Source of the DNA: Deltaproteobacteria bacterium
GTDB lineage: Bacteria; Myxococcota_A; UBA9042
DNA length: 64,000 nt
NCBI GenBank assembly: GCA_020632665.1
Contig: JACKFC010000005.1
Span: 7,915 to 71,914 of the forward strand
Reading direction: 5' to 3'
Positions 44,763-53,500 of this stretch are shown here, piece after piece (position 1 is the stretch's first letter; each line of letters starts with the position of its first letter). The notes below the pieces were generated by a model. That model did no database searches and had not been told where the DNA came from. It was given only the letters and a program-made list of their open reading frames with translations. Both the position numbers and the translations under genes were made by a program.

Positions 44763-45886
44763 GGCGCCTCGCATCCGCCGAGCGCCAGCGCCGCGATGGC
44801 GTCGCCAAGGGCAGCGAGCGCGCCGCTGCCGAAGAGGTCGCGCAGCTCCGGCAGGGCGAGCCGCGCCCGCGCCGGCACCGCGAGGGTGCGCAGCAAGACC
44901 GCGACGGCGTCGATTCCCTCCGGGCTCTTCGCCAGACCGACCGTCGCGTTGTGCAGCGTCTCCAGCATCGGCGCGATCGGCAGCGGCGTCGCCGAGGCGG
45001 GCGGCAGGATGGCTCCCGGCGCGAGCAGGACGTCGACCAACCAGCCGGCGAGGCGACGGTCCGGGTCGCGGTCGGCGACGCAGCCGCACAAGCGGGCGAG
45101 CGCGGCGATGCGCTCTGGATCGACGCTGCCCTCCGGCGTCCGGGTCGCGGCGTCGAAGACGGCAACGACCCCCTGCATCGTCACGCTGACGTCGTCCGAG
45201 AGGCCGGCTGCCGCGACCAGCGTCTCGCGCAGCGGATCCGGGTCGAAGTCCGGCTGCGCCAGCGAGAGCACGGCGTTGCCCAAGACCGCGACCAGCGCGT
45301 CGCGCGTCTCGGCGTCGGTGATCGATTGCAAGGTCTGCAACAGACCGTCGAGCGCGGCGACGTTCAGCAGCGCCGAGAGGCCGTCAGCCAGCCGGGGGTC
45401 CGCCGTCAGCGTGCCGACATAGGCCAGCGTCGCCCCGTCGAGGCATCCGGCGCCGACCTCGCCGATGGTGGCGATGGCGCGGTCGGCCTGCTCTCCTTCG
45501 GCGAGGAGGGGGGCGAAGAGCCGCGCGATCAACGCGTGCATGGCCGGCGTGTCGTAGGCCGGCAGAGCGGCACCGACCTCGCCCAAGGTGCCGTTCGGTA
45601 GCTCGGCGAAGACGTCGAGCAAGACCCGCGTCAAGGCGCGGAGCGCCTCGGCGTCGAAATCCTCGCGCAAGATCGTCGCCGTGGCGTCGAGGTGGCCCGC
45701 TGCGGCCCATTCGGTGAACGGGGCCAGCCGTTCGTCGAGGGTCGGGCAGGAGCTGCGGGCCTGCTGCGGCGCTTCGGCGTCACCCGCGCCACAGCCGGTC
45801 AGGTACGCGCCCAGGGCAAGGCACGCGCCGAGGGCGAGGCCTGCGCGGAGGCCGAGGCAGGACGCGACGCGTAGCCCAGGCCGCAC
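44759..45886 (-). CDS. All-helical lipoprotein, unknown family
   Basis: GTG at 45884-45886 lies 1 nt after the upstream stop. Lipobox LGAYLTGC. Leu/Ala/Asp-rich helical repeats. The track ORF extension to 46900 is rejected. Confidence 0.65.
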   Translation of the reverse strand: MRPGLRVASCLGLRAGLALGACLALGAYLTGCGAGDAEAPQQARSSCPTLDERLAPFTEWAAAGHLDATATILREDFDAEALRALTRVLLDVFAELPNGTLGEVGAALPAYDTPAMHALIARLFAPLLAEGEQADRAIATIGEVGAGCLDGATLAYVGTLTADPRLADGLSALLNVAALDGLLQTLQSITDAETRDALVAVLGNAVLSLAQPDFDPDPLRETLVAAAGLSDDVSVTMQGVVAVFDAATRTPEGSVDPERIAALARLCGCVADRDPDRRLAGWLVDVLLAPGAILPPASATPLPIAPMLETLHNATVGLAKSPEGIDAVAVLLRTLAVPARARLALPELRDLFGSGALAALGDAIAALALGGCEAP

Positions 45887-45887
45887 C

Positions 45888-47912
45888 TCAGCGGCCCTCG
45901 CTCGGCGGCGAGAGCCTGGCGTCCTCGAGCGCGAGCGTGCGGGCGAATCGCCGGGACGAGGACTCGATGGTCCGCTGCGCCGCGTCGCGTACGCGCTCCT
46001 GGAAGACCCACGTCTCGACGCCATCGGTGTCGGCCAGGACGTAGAGCCCGGGCCACCCGCCGATGCGCAGGATCGCGTTCTCTTCCGCCGGATCGGCCAC
46101 CTTCCGCAGACGTTGCAGGGGCAGCAGGCCTTCCTTCGCCCGCAGTGGTAGGTCGCCGTTGCGCGCCGCCATCGGGCCGCCGGGGAGCACCAGGTGCGTG
46201 GTGCGACCGTCGGCGACGCCCATGCGGAAGCGGCCGCGCAGCAACTCGACGGCGAGCGCCAAATCGAATGGCTCCACCCCGGCGCTGCGTGCGATGTCAC
46301 GGTCCAGGCCCCGGAGCGTGGCGTCGACCTGCCGCGGAACGGGGCCGCTGCGTAGCCGCGTCGCCCCCTGCGTGGCGGCGAGGCGGTCGAGGAAGCTACG
46401 GCTCTGCGCGGACGTCGCCGTCGGGTCGCTGCCCGCCAGGACCACGCCGCCGGTGGCGTCCTCGTCGAGCAACCAACCGATCGCGGTGTCGTTGCCGGTG
46501 TCGAGGGCGTGGACCTGCCAGCCGCCGGGCTCGACCAATTTCCGCAGATCGTGCAGCGCGACCTCGTCGGCGCGGGCCCCAGCGACCGCGAGCCAGACGG
46601 TGGCGACCCGACCGTCGTAGGTCTGCACCGCGGGGGGGACGCCGTCACGGCCGGAAAGGAGCAGCGCGTCGTGCGCCGTCCCCGCCTGCAGCATCGCGTG
46701 GATGCGGCCGGCGAGGGCGCGCAGCGGCTCGGGTTCGATCCCCGGCTGGGTGACGAGGCGGTAGCGTCGCATCGCGACGATGGTGTGCAGGAACGCCTCG
46801 ATCCCGGCGTCGGCGAGCAGCGGGCGAAGTCCGCGTCCGAGCGCTTTTTGCTCGGCGCCGCTGTAGTTGGTGTCGGCGGCGTCGACTGCGCCGGTCGCAT
46901 AAACCAACGTCACCGGGCGCTTGCCGGAATATGCGTCGGCGAGATCTTCGCCCATGCCGGGGGTCAACGTGACCAGGTCGCCGAGGTTCGGGTCGCCGTC
47001 CGCGCCCTGCGGGTGGTCGCCGCGCGGCACCCGGATGGCTTCGAGCGCTTGCGCCAACGGCCCCGTCGAGGTGGCGAGCAGGGCCTGCACGCTCTCCCGC
47101 ACCGTGCCGATGCCCACTGCATAGCGGGCGAGCGCTGGCGGCAGCAGGTGCAGGTCGGCGACGGCGCGGCTCGCCCCGGCGACGCCGACCCGATCGATGC
47201 TCGGCAGGCCCTTGGCCCGGGGCAGGACCACGGTCTCGGCGAAGGTCGTCGCGGCAGCGCGGCCGGCGTCTGCGACCAGGCTCAGGGCGCTGCGGATCCT
47301 GGCGCCACGCACCGCTGCTGCGATCTGCACCTCGCCGAGGTCCATCACCTTCGCCGCCCGCAGCGCCGTCTCGGCGAGGCGCTCGGCGCTGGCGATCGAG
47401 TCGGCGCGCGCGACGCGGAGCAGCATCCGCGCCCGGCCAGCCTCGACCATGGTCCACAGCTGCGGCCCACCGGGCAGCGCGGCGGCGGCGGCGTGGGCGG
47501 GCGTGAGCGCGCGGTCCAGCGCGCGGGCGTCCAGCGCAGGCGCTCGGATCGTCACGAAGACGTCGTAGGCGCCAGCCCGGCTTTGCGCGGCCAAACGCTC
47601 GCCGTATCGGTCGCGCGCAGCAGGCGCGGCGGCCCTCGGCGCGATCGGCTTCGCCGTGACGCCGTCCACGACGCTCGCCGGCGTGCGCTCGGCCCGTTGC
47701 TCTGCCGCGTCAGCAGCGGCGGCTTCCCCGCCCTTGCGCGCCGGCTCTCCCTCGCTGCAGCCCCGCGCGCAGCCGCTCGTCAGCAGCAGCACCGCGAGCA
47801 AGAGCGGCATCGGCAGGAGCGGCACGGGCGACGATGGTGCGGGCGTTCTCGACACGCCCGCAGGATGCGCGCGCGCTCGCTTGGGCTCAACCCCGTGCCT
47901 GCCGCCCTTCAT
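45888..47912 (-). CDS. Large lipoprotein, possibly built from RND-transporter porter-like subdomains
   Basis: ATG at 47910-47912 in an ATGA overlap with the batD/E stop. Signal PLLLAVLLLTSGC. Segments such as SIDRVGVAGASRAVADLHLLPPALARYAVGIGTVRESVQ and LGDLVTLTPGMGEDLADAYSGKRPVTLVY resemble AcrB-type periplasmic motifs. This resemblance was judged by eye only. Confidence 0.7.
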   Translation of the reverse strand: MKGGRHGVEPKRARAHPAGVSRTPAPSSPVPLLPMPLLLAVLLLTSGCARGCSEGEPARKGGEAAAADAAEQRAERTPASVVDGVTAKPIAPRAAAPAARDRYGERLAAQSRAGAYDVFVTIRAPALDARALDRALTPAHAAAAALPGGPQLWTMVEAGRARMLLRVARADSIASAERLAETALRAAKVMDLGEVQIAAAVRGARIRSALSLVADAGRAAATTFAETVVLPRAKGLPSIDRVGVAGASRAVADLHLLPPALARYAVGIGTVRESVQALLATSTGPLAQALEAIRVPRGDHPQGADGDPNLGDLVTLTPGMGEDLADAYSGKRPVTLVYATGAVDAADTNYSGAEQKALGRGLRPLLADAGIEAFLHTIVAMRRYRLVTQPGIEPEPLRALAGRIHAMLQAGTAHDALLLSGRDGVPPAVQTYDGRVATVWLAVAGARADEVALHDLRKLVEPGGWQVHALDTGNDTAIGWLLDEDATGGVVLAGSDPTATSAQSRSFLDRLAATQGATRLRSGPVPRQVDATLRGLDRDIARSAGVEPFDLALAVELLRGRFRMGVADGRTTHLVLPGGPMAARNGDLPLRAKEGLLPLQRLRKVADPAEENAILRIGGWPGLYVLADTDGVETWVFQERVRDAAQRTIESSSRRFARTLALEDARLSPPSEGR

Positions 47913-50548
47913 GCCGACGGGACGTCGTAGAGGGCGCTCGCCGGCACGCAGCCCCGGCGGCCGTTGGGCAGGCGCACCTCGGCGCGGCCGTCCGGGCGGG
48001 TCCGCAAGCGGCGGACTTCCAGGCCCTCGGGCAGGTCGATCGGCTCGCCGACGCCGGTGCAGGCTTCCAGCGGCGTGTCGCTCTGCACGACGATGGCGGT
48101 CTGCGCGTCGCGCAAGGTGATCCGCGCCGAGACCAACCAGACTGCCGCGAGCAGGTGCAAGCTGATGGCGACGGCGGCGGCGAGGGCCAGCTTCCGCTTG
48201 CCGGTCCGCGTCGCCAGGACGCCGAGCGGCAGCGCGATCCACGCCGCGAGCACGAGCAACCAGCCGAGCAGCGATTGCGGCGCGGCGCGCGCGATGGCCA
48301 CCGAGAGCTCGGGCGATTCATCGAAGACGTGCAGGATCCGATGCCGCCGGCGGGAGTCCTCGGCCAGCCGCTCGCGCGCCAGCGCCAGGTTCTGCTGCAG
48401 ATCGATGGTGAGCGCGGCGTCCGGCCCGAGCCTCTCAGCGACGCGATAGTGCGCCACCGCTTCGCCGAGCCGGCCGAGCCGCACCAGCGTATTGCCGAGG
48501 TTGTAGTGCACCGCCGGCGACGGCAGCTCGTGCTGCAGCAGCGCCTCGTAGCCGCGCCGCGCCGTCTCGAGCTCGCCGGCGAGGTAGGCTTCGTTGGCCG
48601 CGAGGAAGCCGGAATCCAGCGTCCCAGCGTGGGCCGGTAGGGGGCTGCACAAAGCCGCCGCCGCAGCGCCCAGCAGCAAGAGGATCGCGAGCGCGCGGCC
48701 GGACGGGGCGCGCGGCGCTCCGAGGCCCGCGTCGATGCCTGCCAACGCTCGTTGCAGCGCGTCGATGGTGCGTCCGACGTCGGCGCCGCGGTCGTCGCTC
48801 GGCGCGAAGCGGGCGTAGTCACAATGCTCGAGCTGCGTCACCAACGCCGTCGTCGGCGCCGCCGGCGCGCCTGCTTCCTGCAGCGCGTCGGCCAACGCGG
48901 CGAAGGTCATGCCGCGGGTCTGCATGTCGATCCGGGTCTGCAGGTAGGCGTCCACCGCGGCGCGTGCGGCGCCGTAGTCCGCCTCCGCCTTTGCCCTGGC
49001 CAGCCCCTGCTCGGCGACCGCGAGCGCGCCGGCAACGCGGGCCTCGGGCGCACTTCGCTCGCGCCGTCGCTGCAACAGCAGGCCGAAGCCGAAGGCCAAG
49101 CCGAGCAACCACGGCAGCCCGGCGGCCAGCGGCAGCCAGCCGGCGTCGGCGACGGTGCCAGCGGCGACCTCGGCCAGCCGCGCCTCGGCGGCGATCGGGC
49201 GCAACTCCCGGCGCGCGGGCTTCGGCTTCTCCGGCGCGTCGCCGTCCGCCACCGCTGCCGGTGCGACGGCCTCGCCTGTGACCTCGATCGTGAACGGACC
49301 GGCGCTGCTGCTGACGTAGCGCTCTTCCGCCGGGTCGAAGGCGGCCCACTCCACTGCGGGGATGGTGTAAGTGCCGGGCGCGTCGAAGGCGATGGTCATC
49401 TGCCAGGTGCGCGCGCCCTCGGGGCCGTTCGGACTCATCTCGACCGCCTCGGTGCTGCCGCCGCCGGGGAGCGCCTCGATCCGCATGCCCTGGACCGCCG
49501 GCGGCTCGAGCGCCCGGAGGCCGTAGAGGTTGCCGGTGCCCCGGACCTGATAGGCCAGCACGGCGCGCTCGCCGGCATCCAAGGCGAGCTGCTGCGTCTT
49601 GCGTCCGCGTTCGAGCAACCAGCCGTCGATGCGCAGCGCGCCCACGGCGCCGGCGGCGAAGGTCGCGGGACGGCCTTGCTCGGGCAGCGGTCGGGTCTCG
49701 ATCCGGATAGGCGGCGGGCCGACCTTGAAGGCGCGCGAATCGAAGAAATTGCTCACGTCGACGCGGTACCGGGGGCCGAGGATCTCGTGCGTACCGGGGC
49801 GCGTCGCGGTCAGCAGGACCTTGCGCGTCGTCTGCTGCATGTACGCACCGCCGGCGAAGCGCACTGCCTGTTGTTGCGTCTGCACGCCCGAGAGCAGGTC
49901 TTCGACCGCGAAGGCGCCGTAGTTCGGTTCGCCGATCTCGCGCAGCGCCGTGACGTTCTGGTTCCGCGACCAATAGAGGTCGTAGGTCAGTACGAAAGGC
50001 TGGTGAACGTAGGGCCGCAGCACGGCGATCGAGGGGCGCACGAAGAAGGGCTCGCCGACGTAGCGATTCGGCGAGGCGGCCTCCTCGGGCGTGAGCGCCG
50101 GGCCGAGGCTCGCGCGCGCGTCTACGACCTCGACCATGGCGTCCTGGCCGATCGCGACGTCGGTGCCGGCCTTGCGCAGCTTCGCGCCGCGGATCAGGTG
50201 GCGGCCTTTGCGCCGCGCGGTGCCGACGAACGAATAGCGCTCGCTGCGGACCACCCGGCTGCCCATGATGCTGACTTGGCTCGAGCGGCCGCTCTGCTCC
50301 AGATCGAAACCGTCCGAGGTTGGCGGCACGATCTCGTCGTAGTCGCCGCTGCAGGTCACCTCGACCTGGATCGCGTCGCCTTCGGTCACCCGGGCTGGGT
50401 TGACCTGCATCTGCACGCTGGCATGGGCGGCGGCTGCGGCGGGCCGCGCGAAGGCCAGCAGCAGCAGCAGCGCAGCCCACGGAGCCTTCGCTGACGTCGA
50501 ACGACGACGCAGGCCCACCGAGCCCGCAAGCTGCGTCGGCGCGGTCAT
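47909..50548 (-). CDS. batD: BatD-BatE fusion protein (BatD Ig-like/DUF4381-like region + TPR + SH3-like C-terminus)
   Basis: Signal (WAALLLLLAFARPAAAAAHA). BatD-type N-terminus (VQMQVNPARVTEGDAIQVEV...). TM WLLGLAFGFGLLL. CDYARFAP motif. TPR (AVHYNLGNTLVRLGRLGEAVAHY). Further TMs and an SH3-like tail (RAEVRLPNGRRGCVPASALY). Confidence 0.85.
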   Translation of the reverse strand: MTAPTQLAGSVGLRRRSTSAKAPWAALLLLLAFARPAAAAAHASVQMQVNPARVTEGDAIQVEVTCSGDYDEIVPPTSDGFDLEQSGRSSQVSIMGSRVVRSERYSFVGTARRKGRHLIRGAKLRKAGTDVAIGQDAMVEVVDARASLGPALTPEEAASPNRYVGEPFFVRPSIAVLRPYVHQPFVLTYDLYWSRNQNVTALREIGEPNYGAFAVEDLLSGVQTQQQAVRFAGGAYMQQTTRKVLLTATRPGTHEILGPRYRVDVSNFFDSRAFKVGPPPIRIETRPLPEQGRPATFAAGAVGALRIDGWLLERGRKTQQLALDAGERAVLAYQVRGTGNLYGLRALEPPAVQGMRIEALPGGGSTEAVEMSPNGPEGARTWQMTIAFDAPGTYTIPAVEWAAFDPAEERYVSSSAGPFTIEVTGEAVAPAAVADGDAPEKPKPARRELRPIAAEARLAEVAAGTVADAGWLPLAAGLPWLLGLAFGFGLLLQRRRERSAPEARVAGALAVAEQGLARAKAEADYGAARAAVDAYLQTRIDMQTRGMTFAALADALQEAGAPAAPTTALVTQLEHCDYARFAPSDDRGADVGRTIDALQRALAGIDAGLGAPRAPSGRALAILLLLGAAAAALCSPLPAHAGTLDSGFLAANEAYLAGELETARRGYEALLQHELPSPAVHYNLGNTLVRLGRLGEAVAHYRVAERLGPDAALTIDLQQNLALARERLAEDSRRRHRILHVFDESPELSVAIARAAPQSLLGWLLVLAAWIALPLGVLATRTGKRKLALAAAVAISLHLLAAVWLVSARITLRDAQTAIVVQSDTPLEACTGVGEPIDLPEGLEVRRLRTRPDGRAEVRLPNGRRGCVPASALYDVPSA

Positions 50549-50549
50549 C

Positions 50550-53500
50550 CTACCAATCCTTGATCGGCCGCTGATTCCGGAACGGCGATTTGCGCAGGGC
50601 CTCCTCGGCCTCGAGGTTGCGCGGGTTCTTGTCGTGCCGCTGCATCTGCTGGCGCAGCGCTTCCTGCTGCTCCTGCTCCTGCTGCTGCGCGGGATCCTTG
50701 TCGTCCTTGGGATCGTTCTCGTCCTGCTGCGGCTCGTCTTGCTGGTCCTTCTGGTCCTGCTTGTCGTCCTTGTTCTCGTCGTTGTCGTCCTTTTTGTCGT
50801 CTTTGTTGTCGTCGTTTTTGTTGTTCTGCTGCTGGTTGTTGTCCGAGGGCGGCGGCGGCTCCTCGACCCGCAGGATGTAGAAATTCTCGCTGCCCTCGGC
50901 CGGAAGCACCTGGATCTTGATGACCCGGTCCTTCTTCTCGCCCTTGACCATCAGGCCAGTGGTCGCGGTGCGGCCACGCCGGGCTGCGGGCGTATCGTCC
51001 TTGCCGGTGGACTTGCCGGGCAGCGCCGGGGCCTGGGTCTGGCCGACCGCGAGCTCGCCGGTGCCGTCCTCGCTGGTGGCCTTGAGGCTGAGCGCGCCGT
51101 GGGCGAAGTCGTAGCGCGCCGAGACCTGCACGTGCTGACCGGCCTTCTGCTGGATCTCGATCCAGTCCTGGTCTCCCTTGCAGACGCGGTAGAGGCGCTC
51201 GCTGCCGACCTCGATCGGCTTGGCCTCGCTGGGCTTGTCGTCGGGTTCTTGCTCGTCGTTGCCCTCGGGGCAGGGCGGCAGGACCCGCAGGCCGAGGCGG
51301 TAGGGCAGATCGAGCTGAGCGCGGACCGGGTCGACCGCGGGCATCGGGTAGCCCTCGGGCAGGATCACCTTGCGGATCTTGCTCGGCCCGCTCGGCGCGG
51401 CGCCCGCTGCTCCCGGTTGCCCGCCACCCGGTCCGAGCGGCGTCGCGCGGATGCCAGGAGGCGCCGGCTGGGCCGGGCCGGGCGGGGGCAGCCCGCCAGC
51501 TTGACCGCCGGCCTGGCCGCCCGGGCCTGCCACCGGCGCGTCGACCTCGACCTCACGCGCGCCATCCGGCAGCGGCGGCAGCGGGAAGATCGGATCCGCG
51601 ACGCCGCCGCCAGTGACCCGAACCCAATAGGTTCCGGGCGGCGGCGCGAGCACCGCCGTGGTGCGGTTCAACGCCTTCGCGTCGGCTCCGAGCGCTGCGC
51701 CGCGGCCTTCGCCCCAGACCTCGCCCGCGGCGTCGTAGACCGTCACGGTCAGCGCGCCGGCGAGGCCCGGCACGTCCGGTAGCTCCTCGATCTGCGCGAC
51801 CAGGTCGACGAAGAGGCTCTCGCCCTCGGCCAGCTCGACCCGGTACCAATCGTCGTCGCCGGGGCAGAGGTGCAGGTCCTCGATCGGGCCGCGCAGCTCG
51901 TCCTTGTCGAGGCGGTTGCCGGCGATCGCCGCGTCGTTCTGCTCGTAGGCGTCGTCGCGCAGGGCGCAGGGCGGGGTCACCTCCAGCTGCAGCTCGACGT
52001 CGGCCTCGGTGTCGATGCCGCCGCGCACGCGGACGATATAGGCGCCGTCCATTGGCGCGTTCGCCAGCCGCGCGATCATGCCTTCGCCGCGCTTGGCGGC
52101 GCTGCGCAGCACCCGGCCGGAGCGATCGAGGATGTCGATCTCGATCTGGTCCGCGCCGAGCTCGAGCTTGTGCTTGGCGCGGACGATCAGCCCCTCGCCG
52201 CGGGCCAGCCCGACGGCCAAGTGATCGTCGTTGCGCGGGCAGAGCCGCAGCGCCAGCGGTTGTCCGGCACCGACGGCGCGGGCGGTCTCGATGCTGTCGT
52301 TCGGTTCGAGCTTGTCTTCGAGGCGCTCGCAGGCGGGCAGCACCTTCACCTCGAGCTTGTAGGGCGCCTCGACGCCGGTGACGTTGCGCACGTCGAGCAG
52401 CAGCCGCTCGGCGTCCTTGATCACCGTGCGCTGCACCTCGGTCACCGCCGGTTTGCCCGGCTCGCTGCCGCGCAGGCGCTCCATCCCGGTGGCGTCGAGC
52501 AGCGCCAGGTCGAGCACCTTCTCGCCGCCCGCCGCGCCGAGCAGCGGGTCGATGGCCTGCGGGGCTTCCTCGCTGCCGATCTCGATGCTCGCCGTCAGCC
52601 GGTCGCCGCGCTGCAAATCGAGCGAGAGCACGTCGCGATCGAGCGGGCAGCTGCGCAGGTCGAAGCTGGTCTCGCGCTCCTCGGTCGAGAGCTTCAACGG
52701 CTTCGCTTCGGTCGGGCGCTCGTTCGGCTCGTAGGCGGTGTCACGCCGTTCGCACGGTGGATAGGCCAACAAGACCGCGATCTCGAGGTTCTTGCGGACC
52801 TCGGCGCGGCCAGGGGCGACGACGAGCGCTTTCTGCAGGCTCTCGACCGCGAGCCGATAATGCTCGCTCGGATCTTCTTTGCTCGCCGCCTCGCCCGGGG
52901 GCGGGTCGGTCGGCGCCGGATCGGGTGCGGCGCCGCCACCGGCGTTGACGTTGGCCTCGGCGGCGTTCTTCTTCTCGACGGCCTGGCCCCAGAGCAGCTG
53001 GTTGGTGCCGGCGCCGTAGTGCAGATCGGCCTCGAGCTCGGGGTCCGCCTCGTCCAGCGCTGACAGGCAACGCCCGAACGCGACCGCCGCCTCGCTGTGC
53101 AGCCCGATCACGGCCTGCGCGATGGCGAGGTCGTACCAGAGGATGGCGTGCTCCGGGCGGGTCTTCTGCGCCTGCTCGAAGGCGGCGCGCGCCTCACCGG
53201 CCTTGCCGGCGGCGAGGAGGTCGCGTCCTTCGGCGACGTCGGGGTTCTCGCGATCCAAGAGCGAGCGGTCGTGACGCCGCTCGGCCTGGGTGCGTTCGTC
53301 TTCCGGCGAACCGGCGGCGGGGGCATCGGCTGCGGCTGCCGCGGGTGCCTCGGCCGTTTGCGCGGCTGCCTGCCGAGCGGTCGGCCCGGCGAAGAGCAAG
53401 AGCAGGGCGGCGACGACCGGCACGACCGCGCGACGCCGCTCGGAGAGCGAGAGGGCGATGAGCAGGAGCAGCAGCGCCGGCCCGAGCAGCCATTGGTAGC

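Noticed and set aside
50580-50880. Low-GC island as a horizontally acquired insert or mobile element
   Set aside because: The region is in frame within the BatB-BatC gene. The low GC is fully explained by the Asp/Lys/Asn/Gln-rich tail it encodes. There are no flanking repeats and no integrase.
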